Origin: a virus | Length of the DNA: 44,119 bases | Direction: 5' to 3' (one strand) | Virus genome (UHGV): UHGV-0155234 | In this document: positions 25,972 to 35,737 of the stretch, in pieces | Position numbering within the stretch: position 1 is the stretch's first letter | Layout of the letters: the number at the start of each line of letters is the position of its first letter | Position numbers and translations under genes: made by a program | Notes under the pieces: model-generated | What the model saw: the letters and a program-made list of their open reading frames with translations, nothing else | Told to the model about the DNA's origin: nothing | Database searches by the model: none

Positions 25972-26480
25972 AGGTTGATTCCGCCGTCTGGGAGGGCGGC
26001 TACTTAAAGCTTCATACCGCGGACGTGGACGCGAGGCACTTTGCCTATGCGTTCACGCCGGGGGAATATGAGATCAAGGCAAAGAAGTCCCTCCGCAGTC
26101 TGGACGCAAACGCGCTTGCATGGGTTTTGATCGACAAGCTCGCGGCGGCTACTGGCGTACCGAAAACGGATGTTTACCGGAACGCTGTCCGCGACGTAGG
26201 CGGCAACTCCGAGATTGTGTGCATCAAAGCGGAAGCCGCGCCGACACTCCGAAAGATATGGGAATCGCGCGGTCTTGGCTGGCAGACGGAGGATGATATA
26301 TCTAAGCTCCCCGGATGCGTGAATGTGATCCTCTATTACGGCTCGTCCACCTTTGACACCCGGCAGATGAGCCGCATGATCGACAACCTGATTCAGGATG
26401 CGAAAGCGGTTGGCATCGAGACAATGGCACCGGACAAGCTCGCCGCCCTGCTCGGCGAATGGGAAAAGAGGAAGAAATGA
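25968..26480 (+). CDS. NinB/YbcN-like recombination protein
   Basis: RSLDANALAW, GSSTFDTRQMSRMID..IQDAKAVGIET. Confidence 0.75.
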   Translation: MKVDSAVWEGGYLKLHTADVDARHFAYAFTPGEYEIKAKKSLRSLDANALAWVLIDKLAAATGVPKTDVYRNAVRDVGGNSEIVCIKAEAAPTLRKIWESRGLGWQTEDDISKLPGCVNVILYYGSSTFDTRQMSRMIDNLIQDAKAVGIETMAPDKLAALLGEWEKRKK

Positions 26481-27244
26481 AAGTCGAGCTTTTCAATGAC
26501 AACTTCCAGAATTTCAAGAAGTACAACATACCGAAAGCGCAGCTTGTGATCGCGGACATCCCGTACAACCTCGGCGCGAACGCCTATGCCTCCAATCCAA
26601 TGTGGTACGTCAACGGCGACAACAAGAACGGCGCGAGTAAGAAAGCCGGAAAAGCGTTCTTTAATTCGGACGGCAACTTTAACATTGCAGAGTATTTCCA
26701 CTTCTGCAACCGGCTCTTGAAAAAAGAGCCGAAGGAACGCGGCAAAGCTCCGGCGATGATCGTTTTCTGCGCGTTCGAGCAAATCCCAACGGTTGTACAG
26801 TACGGACAGAAATACGGATTCCAGCATTCCTATCCACTTGTATTTATTAAGAACTATTCCGCGCAAGTCCTCAAGGCCAACATGAAGATCGTAGGCGCTA
26901 CGGAATACGCCGTTGTCCTCTACCGGGACAAACTCCCGAAATTCAACAACGGCGGAAAGATGATCTTCAACTGGTTCGAGTGGCGACGGGACGGAAAGCA
27001 ATACCCGAAGATTCACCCGACGCAGAAGCCCGTGAATCTCCTAAAGCGTCTTATTGAGATCTTCACCGACCCCGGCGACGTTGTGATCGACCCGGTCGCG
27101 GGAAGTGGAGCAACCCTCCGGGCTTGCATGGAAACAGGCCGAAACGGGTACGGCTTTGAAATCATGCGGGATATGTGCCGCAAAGCGCAGGAGCAGATGC
27201 TTACCGTCGAGCCAGACGGCCAGATGACAATGGAGGGGATATGA
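26477..27244 (+). CDS. DNA N6A/N4C methyltransferase (beta class)
   Basis: DIPY motif IV before HPTQKP and DPVAGSGAT motif I. Confidence 0.9.
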   Translation: MKVELFNDNFQNFKKYNIPKAQLVIADIPYNLGANAYASNPMWYVNGDNKNGASKKAGKAFFNSDGNFNIAEYFHFCNRLLKKEPKERGKAPAMIVFCAFEQIPTVVQYGQKYGFQHSYPLVFIKNYSAQVLKANMKIVGATEYAVVLYRDKLPKFNNGGKMIFNWFEWRRDGKQYPKIHPTQKPVNLLKRLIEIFTDPGDVVIDPVAGSGATLRACMETGRNGYGFEIMRDMCRKAQEQMLTVEPDGQMTMEGI

Positions 27245-27573
27245 AGCGGATATCTTCCAAACGCGCTAAGGCGTGCGCAATCTCCCCGAAGGTAAAGGCC
27301 GTTGTTTGGGAACGCGACCATCACTGCTGCGTTTACTGCAAATCGATCTATGCATTCCCCGAAGCCCACTATATCCCCCGTTCCCGCGGGGGATTGGGTA
27401 TAGAGGAAAACGTATTGACCCTCTGCCGCCTCTGCCATGACGCATTCGACAACGGCACAACGACGATGCGGCAGGAGATTGGACACTACTGCCGCGACTA
27501 TCTCAAGGCGCATTACCGCTGCTGGGACGAACAAAAACTAATTTACCGAAAGGATGATCCAAGATGGCTATGA
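27241..27573 (+). CDS. HNH endonuclease-like protein
   Basis: RDHHCCVYC..AHYIPRSRGGLG..ENVLTLCRLCH. Confidence 0.8.
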   Translation: MKRISSKRAKACAISPKVKAVVWERDHHCCVYCKSIYAFPEAHYIPRSRGGLGIEENVLTLCRLCHDAFDNGTTTMRQEIGHYCRDYLKAHYRCWDEQKLIYRKDDPRWL

Positions 27574-27947
27574 ACACCTGCGTCCTCATGGGACGCCTTA
27601 CACGAGACCCAGAGAAGCGTTACACATCGAACAACACGCCGGTCACGTCGTTTGCGATCGCCGTTGACCGCTTCAAGGATGGTACGGACTTCTTCGACAT
27701 TACCGCATGGCGCGAGACCGGCGAGTTTGTCTCCAAGTGGTTTTCCAAGGGCGATATGATCTGCGTCCGCGGGCGCATACAGAACCGCGACTGGACGGAC
27801 AAGAACGGCAACGCCCGCCGGGCGACGGAGATCGTCGCGGATGAGGTCAGCTTCTGCGGCGGCAAAAAGGACAAGCCCGACCAGAAGGAAGCCTACGAGC
27901 GCGCGACCCTCGCACCGGTCGAGGATGACGGACAGCTTCCGTTCTGA
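27564..27947 (+). CDS. ssb: Single-stranded DNA-binding protein
   Basis: LMGRLTRDPE, FAIAVDR, KGDMICVRGRIQ, acidic LPF tail. Confidence 0.95.
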   Translation: MAMNTCVLMGRLTRDPEKRYTSNNTPVTSFAIAVDRFKDGTDFFDITAWRETGEFVSKWFSKGDMICVRGRIQNRDWTDKNGNARRATEIVADEVSFCGGKKDKPDQKEAYERATLAPVEDDGQLPF

Positions 27948-27959
27948 CGGAGGCGCACA

Positions 27960-28565
27960 ATGGCATTAGAGAGCTTCAATGCCTATCACAGCTACCTCGA
28001 CACCATGGAAGCGCTGAATGACGCGGAGTGCGGGAGACTGTTCAGGGCGCTGCTGGAATACAGCGCGACCGGCGCAGCTCCGGAACTCCGCGGTAATGAA
28101 CGCTTTGTCTTCCCCGGCATGAGGTCGCAGATCGATAGGGACATTGAGAAATACAACGCCAAATGCGCGCGAAACCGTGAGAACGGAGAAAAGGGTGGGG
28201 GGCATTCGCCCCCGAACGCCCCCGAACGCCCCCGAACGCCCACCAAGGACAAGGACAAGGACAAGGAAAAGGACAAAGACAAAGACAAGGACATATCTTT
28301 CCCACCTGACGGTGTGAAAGATAGTGCGCGCGCGCACCGCCCCACCGTGGAAGAGGTTGCTGCCTACTGCCGGGAGCGCGGAAACCGCGTTGACGCCGAA
28401 TGCTTTGTTGAATTCTACGCCTCCAAGGGCTGGAAAGTTGGCAATCAGCCCATGAAGGACTGGAAAGCCTGCGTCCGGACATGGGAAAGGCGGGAGGACA
28501 AACCAAAACCAACCAGCCGATTTGCGACCCCGGACTATGACGCAATGGAGGACTTGCCATGCTGA
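27960..28565 (+). CDS. Replication initiator (DUF6291-like)
   Basis: LNDAECGRLFRALLEY, NRENGEKGG, KDKDKD linker, PTVEEVAAYC..MKDWKACVRTW. Confidence 0.8.
   Translation: MALESFNAYHSYLDTMEALNDAECGRLFRALLEYSATGAAPELRGNERFVFPGMRSQIDRDIEKYNAKCARNRENGEKGGGHSPPNAPERPRTPTKDKDKDKEKDKDKDKDISFPPDGVKDSARAHRPTVEEVAAYCRERGNRVDAECFVEFYASKGWKVGNQPMKDWKACVRTWERREDKPKPTSRFATPDYDAMEDLPC
28197..28293. repeat. Iteron-like repeats, probable origin
   Basis: CGCCCCCGAA x3.5 (28207-41), inverted copy 28197-208, then GGACAA-type hexamer run. Confidence 0.6.
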
Positions 28566-29368
28566 CAGAAGACGTTATCGGCAGAATCGCCGAACGCGCG
28601 AAACGAAATAACCCCGCCATGCCGGAGGATTACATCGCCTCCGACGGCCTTCTCCATTGCGGCAAATGCGGCGAGCAGAAAGAATGCGCCATTGATGTCG
28701 GAGGAAAAGAGATCATCGTCCGCTGCCTCTGCCGGTGCGGTGCGGAGGCGCGGAAACAGACCGCAGAGGACGCTTTCCGGCGGCTCAACGAGGAACGCCG
28801 GGCGGAGTGGCTGCGCGGATACGAGGGCATGACCTTTGACAACTCCACGGGCAACCCGTCCATGTTTTTCGCCGAGAAGTTCATACACCGTTGGACGGAC
28901 ATTCTGGAAAACGGCCTGTCGTTCACGCTCTCCGGCGCTGTCGGATGCGGAAAGACATACGCGGCAGCGAGTATCGCCAATGAGCTTTTAGACTGTGGGT
29001 ATCGCGTCTGGATGGTCTCAACGGTCAATCTGCTCGACCGGATGTTTGACGAGGCCGACATCATCCGCAACCGGCTTGCGACGTTTGAGCTTGTGGTGCT
29101 GGACGATTTCGGCGCAGAGCGCAACACGGAATACGCCGCCGAAAAGATGTTCCAGATCATCGACGACCGCATGAGATCGCGCTTGCCTACGATCATCACG
29201 ACGAACATAGACATCACCCAGCCGACGGACAATCTGACATATCAGCGCATTTTCTCCCGCCTGAATGGGGAAGCGCCGCAGTTCCGATGCAAGGGCGGTG
29301 ATCTGCGAGCCGACAGGGGAAGAGAAAAGCGGCAACTTGCTAATGAAATTTTGAAAGGGGATGGTTAA
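28559..29368 (+). CDS. DnaC/IstB-like helicase loader ATPase
   Basis: GAVGCGKT Walker A, VLDDFGAE Walker B, IITTN. Confidence 0.9.
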   Translation: MLTEDVIGRIAERAKRNNPAMPEDYIASDGLLHCGKCGEQKECAIDVGGKEIIVRCLCRCGAEARKQTAEDAFRRLNEERRAEWLRGYEGMTFDNSTGNPSMFFAEKFIHRWTDILENGLSFTLSGAVGCGKTYAAASIANELLDCGYRVWMVSTVNLLDRMFDEADIIRNRLATFELVVLDDFGAERNTEYAAEKMFQIIDDRMRSRLPTIITTNIDITQPTDNLTYQRIFSRLNGEAPQFRCKGGDLRADRGREKRQLANEILKGDG

Positions 29369-29371
29369 CCG

Positions 29372-29803
29372 ATGACTTACATCGGCATAGACCCCGGCAA
29401 GAACGGCGCACTTGCCATTCTGAACGGGGAGGAAGTACAGATGTTCCGGTACGACCGCGACACCTACCGCTGCGTCCTCTCTGATCTGCGCGGCGAAAAG
29501 GCGGTGTGCTGCTTAGAGCACGTCGGCGTGATGCCGAAGAACGGAAGCGTGTCCATGTTCCACTTCGGGGAAAATTTTGGCTGGCTGCAAGGGATGCTCG
29601 AAGCATACGAGATCCCCTATGAGCTTGTCCGACCGCAGAAGTGGAAGAAGGAATTTTCCGTCACGGCGGACAAGAACACGTCCATAGAGGTCTGCAAGCG
29701 GCTCTTCCCCGGTGTGAATCTCATCCCGCCGGGCTGCCGCAAAGAGCATGATGGAATGGCAGAATCTTTACTCATGGCACTCTACGCCAAGCGGAGGCTC
29801 TGA
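29372..29803 (+). CDS. RuvC-like Holliday junction resolvase
   Basis: YIGIDPGKNGA, PQKWKK, HDGMAESLL. Confidence 0.85.
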   Translation: MTYIGIDPGKNGALAILNGEEVQMFRYDRDTYRCVLSDLRGEKAVCCLEHVGVMPKNGSVSMFHFGENFGWLQGMLEAYEIPYELVRPQKWKKEFSVTADKNTSIEVCKRLFPGVNLIPPGCRKEHDGMAESLLMALYAKRRL

Positions 29804-30441
29804 TGAAACGAATTGACCTGACCGGGCAGCGCTTCGGACGCCTGACGGTCATACGATACGACCACTCCGAGCACTCCGGCGCGCATTGGCTCTGCAAATG
29901 CGACTGCGGAAACGAGAAAGTAATTGCCGGTTATTCTCTGCGGAGCGGAAAAACAAAATCCTGCGGCTGCCTGAATTCCGAGGCTTCAATGACAAAGCTC
30001 GAAAAGGCAAGGGCGGCTATAAAGGCACGACCGAGAAAAGACCTGACAGGTCAGCGGTTCGGGCGGCTCGTCGTTCTCGGCCTTGCCGATGTGCCGGACA
30101 GGAAGGGCTTCATTTTCTGGCGCGTCAAATGCGACTGCGGAACGGAAAAAATCATCATGCAGAACAACATCATGTACGGGCAGACGCGATCCTGCGGCTG
30201 TCTCGCAAACGAAGTGAGAGCGGCCAGAGCCGAACACATGAGGCAGGGCAGAAAGCCGAAAAAAGCGCCTGTGGAAGTCAAGAAGCCAAAACGCGAGAAA
30301 ACCGCCGTCCGCAAAGTTTACCCGGCAAGAACCGCCGCAGAGTTTTTCCGCTTCTCCAAAGCGCACGGATGCAGCGTGTGCGCGGATAGGAAGGACTGCG
30401 ACATGACATTCTGCAAATACGAAAAGGAGCTGACATCGTGA
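29803..30441 (+). CDS. Protein with tandem DLTGQRFGRL..CDCG..SCGC repeats
   Basis: Two copies of the N-terminal module seen in phage HNH/AP2 proteins; no nuclease domain visible. Confidence 0.75.
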   Translation: MKRIDLTGQRFGRLTVIRYDHSEHSGAHWLCKCDCGNEKVIAGYSLRSGKTKSCGCLNSEASMTKLEKARAAIKARPRKDLTGQRFGRLVVLGLADVPDRKGFIFWRVKCDCGTEKIIMQNNIMYGQTRSCGCLANEVRAARAEHMRQGRKPKKAPVEVKKPKREKTAVRKVYPARTAAEFFRFSKAHGCSVCADRKDCDMTFCKYEKELTS

Positions 30442-30593
30442 ACGAAAAACAAGAAAAGAAACGCCGGTACAATCTGCGCCTTGAGTACATCGCGCATTTC
30501 AACAAGTGGCTGGACAGCGAGCCGCCCCGGTGGCGCTTTATCCGCTGGCGCAAGTGGAAGAACAGCCGACCGGTGTGGGAGGACGCGGCATGA
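30438..30593 (+). CDS. Small basic Trp-rich protein, 51 aa
   Basis: AAGGAG SD, GTGA/ATGA coupling at both ends. Confidence 0.65.
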   Translation: MNEKQEKKRRYNLRLEYIAHFNKWLDSEPPRWRFIRWRKWKNSRPVWEDAA

Positions 30594-30928
30594 CCTACGA
30601 AGAAGCAAAACGAATCCTGCACCCTGACACTACGCGGGAAGCGCTTGCCGAGATCGAGTTCTTAGGAGGTTTCAAAGGCAAGGAGAAAACGCGGAAGGCG
30701 GTAGACGAGGCTTGCCTTATGGCGTGTGAGGCGCTGGACAAGCAGATTCCGAAGACGCCGAACAGCGGCGTTGACAGAACATGGGGAACGCCCACGAAAG
30801 AAGCCATTTGTCCCGCGTGTGATTACGCCCTTGGGCATTGGGAATTTATAGGCGGCGGTGAGAAGATCACATACTGTGAGCACTGCGGACAGGATATCAC
30901 TTGGGAGGGCTGGGAATGGACAGATTGA
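30590..30928 (+). CDS. Hypothetical Zn-ribbon protein
   Basis: ALDKQIPK..CPAC..YCEHCGQ. Confidence 0.75.
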   Translation: MTYEEAKRILHPDTTREALAEIEFLGGFKGKEKTRKAVDEACLMACEALDKQIPKTPNSGVDRTWGTPTKEAICPACDYALGHWEFIGGGEKITYCEHCGQDITWEGWEWTD

Positions 30929-31113
30929 AACCTTGCCCGTTCTGCGGGAAACCCGTGTCAATTGTCTACAACTCGCTTGACAGGGTGTTCAAAGTTTATC
31001 ACACATACGGCGATGACGAATACAACTGCTGCATCATCGACCCGATACTGATTGATGCAGTGTCACTCAAAGATGCGTCTGATGCATGGAATAGGAGGGT
31101 TGACAATGGCTGA
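30916..31113 (+). CDS. Lar-family restriction alleviation protein
   Basis: LKPCPFCG...AWNRR. Confidence 0.75.
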   Translation: MDRLKPCPFCGKPVSIVYNSLDRVFKVYHTYGDDEYNCCIIDPILIDAVSLKDASDAWNRRVDNG

Positions 31114-31750
31114 ATACTTAGAACGCGAAGCGGCGATCAAAGCAATTTATGATAGCGATCCTAACGGCATTCGCCGAACACTCGGGTTTAATGCGGGACA
31201 AATCGAAGAAGCGCTGCGGGCTGTCCCCGCCGTTGACGTTGAAAAAATGTCAGACGGATTCCACACTTTCGCGGACTTGTATGAACAACGGCTCATTTTG
31301 TCTGCTGCTCTTGCCAAAAATAATCCGCATGCATGGAAAAGCAAGCGGCATGAGGACGGCAGTGTTCCTTTCGGCGGAGGATGGTTCATCATGGGTTTTG
31401 ACACCGACGAAGGAAGTTATACATACCACTATGAGATGAAAGACTGGGGTCTGTTTCAGTGCAAGGAATTGGACAAAGGAAAGCCGTGGGATGGTCACAC
31501 GTCAAGGGATGTCCGGAGATTGCTTTCAATTCCTACCGCCGTCTCCGTCCCGCAATGGATCAGCGTCAAGGAGAGGTTGCCGAGAAACTACATAGAAGTG
31601 GTGGTTTTTGATGCAATCGGTAAGGGAATGTTTCTTGGCGCAATTGGCTCCAGCGGAGAATGGGAAATTCCGGGATACCGAACTGATGCGTTTAATTTTA
31701 CCCATTGGATGCCGCTTCCCGAACCGCCGAAAGGAGAAAACGATGGCTGA
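31106..31750 (+). CDS. WDGH-motif domain fused to DUF551-like domain
   Basis: SDGFHTFADLY..WKSKRHEDG..YHY..WDGHT; WISVKERLP..THWMPLPEPP. Confidence 0.75.
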   Translation: MAEYLEREAAIKAIYDSDPNGIRRTLGFNAGQIEEALRAVPAVDVEKMSDGFHTFADLYEQRLILSAALAKNNPHAWKSKRHEDGSVPFGGGWFIMGFDTDEGSYTYHYEMKDWGLFQCKELDKGKPWDGHTSRDVRRLLSIPTAVSVPQWISVKERLPRNYIEVVVFDAIGKGMFLGAIGSSGEWEIPGYRTDAFNFTHWMPLPEPPKGENDG

Positions 31751-32030
31751 ATACATAAAGCGCGAGACGGTGATTAACCATCTGGACGCTTGCATGGATA
31801 CGATTTGGAAGCCGGAAATTGTCGCATTGAAGTGCTTTGTTGAAGGGATTCCTGCCGCCGATGTTGCACCGGTACGGCATGGGAAATGGATGCCATTTCA
31901 CGCAGAGTTTGCAGGAGATATTCAGTACTGCTCTGTTTGTGAAATCGGTTTTGCTTACCGAACGTCCTACTGCCCTCATTGCGGTGCGGTTATGGACGGA
32001 TGGAGAGCGGAGGGCGAAGAAAATGATTGA
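31743..32030 (+). CDS. Hypothetical Zn-ribbon protein
   Basis: PAADVAPVRHGKW..CSVC..YCPHCGA. Confidence 0.75.
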   Translation: MAEYIKRETVINHLDACMDTIWKPEIVALKCFVEGIPAADVAPVRHGKWMPFHAEFAGDIQYCSVCEIGFAYRTSYCPHCGAVMDGWRAEGEEND

Positions 32031-32319
32031 TATCCACCAGACAATCAAGGCAGGAGCAGAAAGCATCTGCCCAAGCTGCGATCATTATCTCGTTTGTCGA
32101 GCGGCTGGTAATCAACCTTGTGCAGAGTGCAACCAATATGCGCCAGTTGCACAGCACGGGAAATGGGTGTCTCTTGTCGTAAAAAGGGAAAATTGGAAGG
32201 GCGTTTTACACGATTTTTATCAGCCCTATAGTTGTTCCATCTGCCATAACCCCAACACGTTTATGGGCAAGAGCGCGTTCTGCCCTCATTGCGGCGCACG
32301 AATGGACGGTGCGGAATGA
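32023..32319 (+). CDS. Hypothetical Zn-ribbon protein
   Basis: HGKW..CSIC..FCPHCGARMD. Confidence 0.7.
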   Translation: MIDIHQTIKAGAESICPSCDHYLVCRAAGNQPCAECNQYAPVAQHGKWVSLVVKRENWKGVLHDFYQPYSCSICHNPNTFMGKSAFCPHCGARMDGAE

Positions 32320-32513
32320 AAATCTACAGCATTACGGTAGACGCCATGCCAAAATCCTGCGGCGACTGTCCGCTGTGTGGGTATACAAACGATGACTTCC
32401 CTGTCTGCTACGGCGTTGCAGATAAACAAATCTGGCGCATTGAGGGAAATCCCTGCGATATGCAGTACAGGCGCAGCGATTGCCCGCTTATTGCGGTCGG
32501 AGGGCTCGGATGA
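32316..32513 (+). CDS. Small Cys-rich protein
   Basis: MPKSCGDCPL..CPL. Confidence 0.7.
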   Translation: MKIYSITVDAMPKSCGDCPLCGYTNDDFPVCYGVADKQIWRIEGNPCDMQYRRSDCPLIAVGGLG

Positions 32514-32875
32514 AGGCAAAAAGCTACAAGCTGAAATACGTCCCGACCGTGCAGCAGCTTCGGGACGCGGGATTCCTGCCCGGCGGAGCATGGATACATG
32601 CAGAGGCGTTTATGTTTGCCGAGCGGCGCTTTGCCCACAAGCTTTCTGTGTCGATCTGCTTCTTACCGGATCTGGATGTCTGGGACGACTTCAACAACAT
32701 CCTGGTACTTGACGAAGAATTTGGGCAGCCCTATACGCCATTTTATTCCGAGAATTACAAGAAGGATATCAATGACTTCCCGGTTTTGGAATCCTGCATC
32801 CGGCAGTACAACGACTTTCTCGGCAGCTTTGACTTTCTGGAAGAAGTAAAGGAGGAAGACAATGGTAGTAAGTGA
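32510..32875 (+). CDS. Hypothetical protein
   Basis: GGAGG SD; VLDEEFGQPY. Confidence 0.7.
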   Translation: MKAKSYKLKYVPTVQQLRDAGFLPGGAWIHAEAFMFAERRFAHKLSVSICFLPDLDVWDDFNNILVLDEEFGQPYTPFYSENYKKDINDFPVLESCIRQYNDFLGSFDFLEEVKEEDNGSK

Positions 32876-33056
32876 CGTAGCCAGTCTTGTGCAGTGGGAG
32901 GAGGCTATGATCCACATTTTGCTAAGACCGGAATATGCGATGATGGGCATTTCCCTCAACGAAACCGAAGAAGGGGTGTTGCTGAACATTTATTCTTATT
33001 TTATTCGTGAACATCTCCGAAAAAGAAGGGAAGGTGAAGAATATGCGCCTGATTGA
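32862..33056 (+). CDS. Hypothetical protein
   Basis: AAGGAGG SD; 64 aa. Confidence 0.6.
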   Translation: MVVSDVASLVQWEEAMIHILLRPEYAMMGISLNETEEGVLLNIYSYFIREHLRKRREGEEYAPD

Positions 33057-33273
33057 CGCTGACGAGCTGCTTGCTGAATACGACCGGCAGCACGAAGGAG
33101 AGCCGGGGAAAGCCCGAAAACTGATAGAGGATGCGCCCACCGTTGCCGCTGTTCCTGCGTCCAAAATCCTCGCCTTGCGCGACGCTCTCTACGAAGCCGA
33201 TGCTGTCACAATGCGAGGACTGCGCAATCTCAATATGCTCATCGCCAAATACGAAGGAGGAAAAGAAAAATGA
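33043..33273 (+). CDS. Hypothetical protein (MRLIDAD type)
   Basis: MRLIDADELL..IEDAPTV. Confidence 0.7.
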   Translation: MRLIDADELLAEYDRQHEGEPGKARKLIEDAPTVAAVPASKILALRDALYEADAVTMRGLRNLNMLIAKYEGGKEK

Positions 33274-33593
33274 AAAAGAAAGCTATGCTGTCCCAGCCGA
33301 TGGCTGGACGAACGGAACAGGAAATCATTGCAACGCGAAACCGTGCCATTGCCGAGCTAGAACGGCACGGATATGAGGTCGTGAACACGCTGTTCACGGA
33401 CGAGTGGTACAGCGCGGAGAAAATGACGGAGCGCGGCGTTGTTCAGATCCCGCTTTGCTTCCTTGCAAAGTCTCTGGAAAACATGAGCCTTTGCCATGCC
33501 GCCTACTTCTGCCGAGGGTGGCAGGATGCACGGGGCTGCCGCATTGAGCACGACGCGGCGGTAGCCTACGGCCTTGAGGTGATCGAGGAATGA
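33270..33593 (+). CDS. Second DUF4406-like protein
   Basis: MLSQPMAG..GWQDARGCRIEH. Confidence 0.75.
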   Translation: MKKKAMLSQPMAGRTEQEIIATRNRAIAELERHGYEVVNTLFTDEWYSAEKMTERGVVQIPLCFLAKSLENMSLCHAAYFCRGWQDARGCRIEHDAAVAYGLEVIEE

Positions 33594-33871
33594 GACTGAT
33601 TGACGCAGAAAGCTCGCAGAACAGAATATACGTTTCCGATCTGGTAATCGAGGAAATGAAAAAGATTCCGACGGTCGATATTGACCGCCCCACCCGCAGC
33701 CAGTTTAAGCGCATGGCGGTGCAGCTTGGGTATGAGCTGGTCGTGCATTGCAAGGACTGTAAACACCGAGACCCAGAAGACAAGCGGTGCGATTGTGGCT
33801 GTTGGCATACCCCGTTTACGACAGACGATAATGATTTTTGCCGCTACGGAGAAAGGAGAACCGATGAGTAA
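33590..33871 (+). CDS. Hypothetical protein
   Basis: MRLIDAE..VVHCKDCKH..DFCRYGER. Confidence 0.7.
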   Translation: MRLIDAESSQNRIYVSDLVIEEMKKIPTVDIDRPTRSQFKRMAVQLGYELVVHCKDCKHRDPEDKRCDCGCWHTPFTTDDNDFCRYGERRTDE

Positions 33872-34418
33872 AGCAGTAATGATAAGCATCCGACCCCGCT
33901 GGTGTGAGTTAATCGCAAACGGCGAAAAGACCATAGAGATTCGCAAGACGCGCCCGAAGCTGGAAACGCCGTTCAAGTGCTATATCTACTGCACGAAACC
34001 GCGCTTTGAGCATGAGGACTTCTTCGCGCTGGTGGGAAAACAAGGCTTTTATGGCGGCGGGAAAGTTATTGGCGAGTTTGTGTGCGACGGTATCGTCTGG
34101 CTGGCGCGTGTTGGCTTCACCAGACGTGGTGGAGAACCGGAATATCGAATTGCAAACAACGGAGATTGGAAATCTCCAATCGGGCGGCTCCTCGAAGAGG
34201 CGTGCTTAATAGAGGAGGGGGTCGATGCGTATTTGGGCGGAAACCCGGGGTTCGGCTGGCACATCTCCGATCTGAAAATCTACGACACGCCGGTAGACAT
34301 TACGAACTTCCGCAACTGCAACGGGTGTGAATACATGGGAGACTGCGATACCTACTGCTGGAAACCAATGCAGCGTCCGCCGCAGAGCTGGTATTACGTG
34401 GAGGAGCATATGCGATGA
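33864..34418 (+). CDS. ASCH-domain protein
   Basis: ISIRPRWCELIANGEKTIEIRK, GKVIGEF, RPPQSW. Confidence 0.85.
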   Translation: MSKAVMISIRPRWCELIANGEKTIEIRKTRPKLETPFKCYIYCTKPRFEHEDFFALVGKQGFYGGGKVIGEFVCDGIVWLARVGFTRRGGEPEYRIANNGDWKSPIGRLLEEACLIEEGVDAYLGGNPGFGWHISDLKIYDTPVDITNFRNCNGCEYMGDCDTYCWKPMQRPPQSWYYVEEHMR

Positions 34419-34603
34419 GCAGTAAAACCAACTGCCCGAACTGCGGAGCGCCGATCACGGGGAGCGTGTGTGAGTATTGCGGGACAAGGTACGGGGTTAC
34501 GGTTTCCGTTCCTGTATCGTCTCCTCCGGTGATATGTGAGACGTTAACGATCTACACCATAGACGGCGAGACATATCAAATCGAACGGTATGGAGATATT
34601 TAA
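34415..34603 (+). CDS. Small Zn-ribbon protein
   Basis: NCPNCGAPI...CEYCG. Confidence 0.7.
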   Translation: MSSKTNCPNCGAPITGSVCEYCGTRYGVTVSVPVSSPPVICETLTIYTIDGETYQIERYGDI

Positions 34604-34605
34604 CT

Positions 34606-35253
34606 ATGAACGATGAAAAGTATGTGTTCATTACTGACTGCGCAGAGAAGAAGCGAACGGCGCGTGGCATACATAATAAGCGCACCCACAACGGCAAGGG
34701 CGGGAAAGTCCTATTCCCGTCCGACTATCTAACAAGAAAGGAACGTGAAGCAATGAATGGTGAAGTAAAGACCTACGCTCTTAACCGTCCCATGCGGTGG
34801 AAAGAATTTAAGATGCTCCCGGATGATGTGCGCCGGGAGTACATAGAGAACCTACAAAAACGCTTCGGCGTGATGCAGAAAGACCTTGCCGCTATGTTTG
34901 GCGTGTCCGTTAATTCGGTTGGCTTGGAAACAAAGAAGCTCGGAATTAAGTTTCCGCATCGCGGAGGATGGGCGAACACCAACAACGGAGGATTCCGCGC
35001 CTTTTGTGCCGAAGAGCCGAAAGCCGATCCCATAGAAGCCCCGACGGAAACAAAACCGTCCGCGCCGGAAGACGAAGAACCGCCGGAGGAGGTCAAAGCC
35101 CCTGACGATCCTCCGGTACAGAATAGGGGGGGCGCTCCCAAGAGCGGAAGCCTCTGCTTCGAGAACACCACGACCACAGAAGCGCTGAACCTCGTTTATT
35201 CCGTCCTCGGCTCCGTGAGCATGGCAAAGTTAAGCGTTTCGTGGGAGGTGTGA
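34606..35253 (+). CDS. Hypothetical protein, possible HTH
   Basis: GGAG SD; QKDLAAMFGVSVNSV. Confidence 0.7.
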   Translation: MNDEKYVFITDCAEKKRTARGIHNKRTHNGKGGKVLFPSDYLTRKEREAMNGEVKTYALNRPMRWKEFKMLPDDVRREYIENLQKRFGVMQKDLAAMFGVSVNSVGLETKKLGIKFPHRGGWANTNNGGFRAFCAEEPKADPIEAPTETKPSAPEDEEPPEEVKAPDDPPVQNRGGAPKSGSLCFENTTTTEALNLVYSVLGSVSMAKLSVSWEV

Positions 35254-35317
35254 AAAGATGTGCCTGACAATCGAAAATTCCGTACAGAGCGTTTAACGCT
35301 GCGAGAACGGAGGTAAA

Positions 35318-35737
35318 ATGAGCAAACCAAGATACAAATGGTGGGGGTTCGTAAAGGCGATCATCCGGGCGTACCCGATGCATTGTGAGGATTTGCGGAA
35401 TATACGGGAGCAGTCTGTTGTTCCAGCATACGGCGCAACAGGACGAGGAACGGACGTAAACCGAGCCGCTGAAAGCGTAGCCTTGCGCGAGCTGCCTTTC
35501 GATGATATGAAAGAGTATTTAGCTGTCGAAAAGACCATACGGGACACCATGCGGTATCCTAATGGCGCGGATCGCGTAAAGCTCATCGAAATGGTGTTTT
35601 TTAAGCGCACACATACTTTGCATGGGGCAGCTATGGCCCTGTTCGTTTCCTACGGAACCGCTAAGAACTGGCATAATAAATTCATCGAAAGAACAGCAGA
35701 GAACTTTGGGCTTACAAAAAAAGGGGCAGTCGAATGA
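35318..35737 (+). CDS. ArpU/RinA-like late transcriptional activator
   Basis: End of early operon; C-terminal sigma-4-like HTH AAMALFVSYGTAKNWH. Confidence 0.7.
   Translation: MSKPRYKWWGFVKAIIRAYPMHCEDLRNIREQSVVPAYGATGRGTDVNRAAESVALRELPFDDMKEYLAVEKTIRDTMRYPNGADRVKLIEMVFFKRTHTLHGAAMALFVSYGTAKNWHNKFIERTAENFGLTKKGAVE

Noticed and set aside
26477..27573. Methyltransferase plus HNH as a restriction-modification pair
   Set aside because: Both are common independent genes of phage recombination modules; nothing links them beyond adjacency.
28207..28293. CRISPR-like array
   Set aside because: Repeats are short and contiguous with no spacers.
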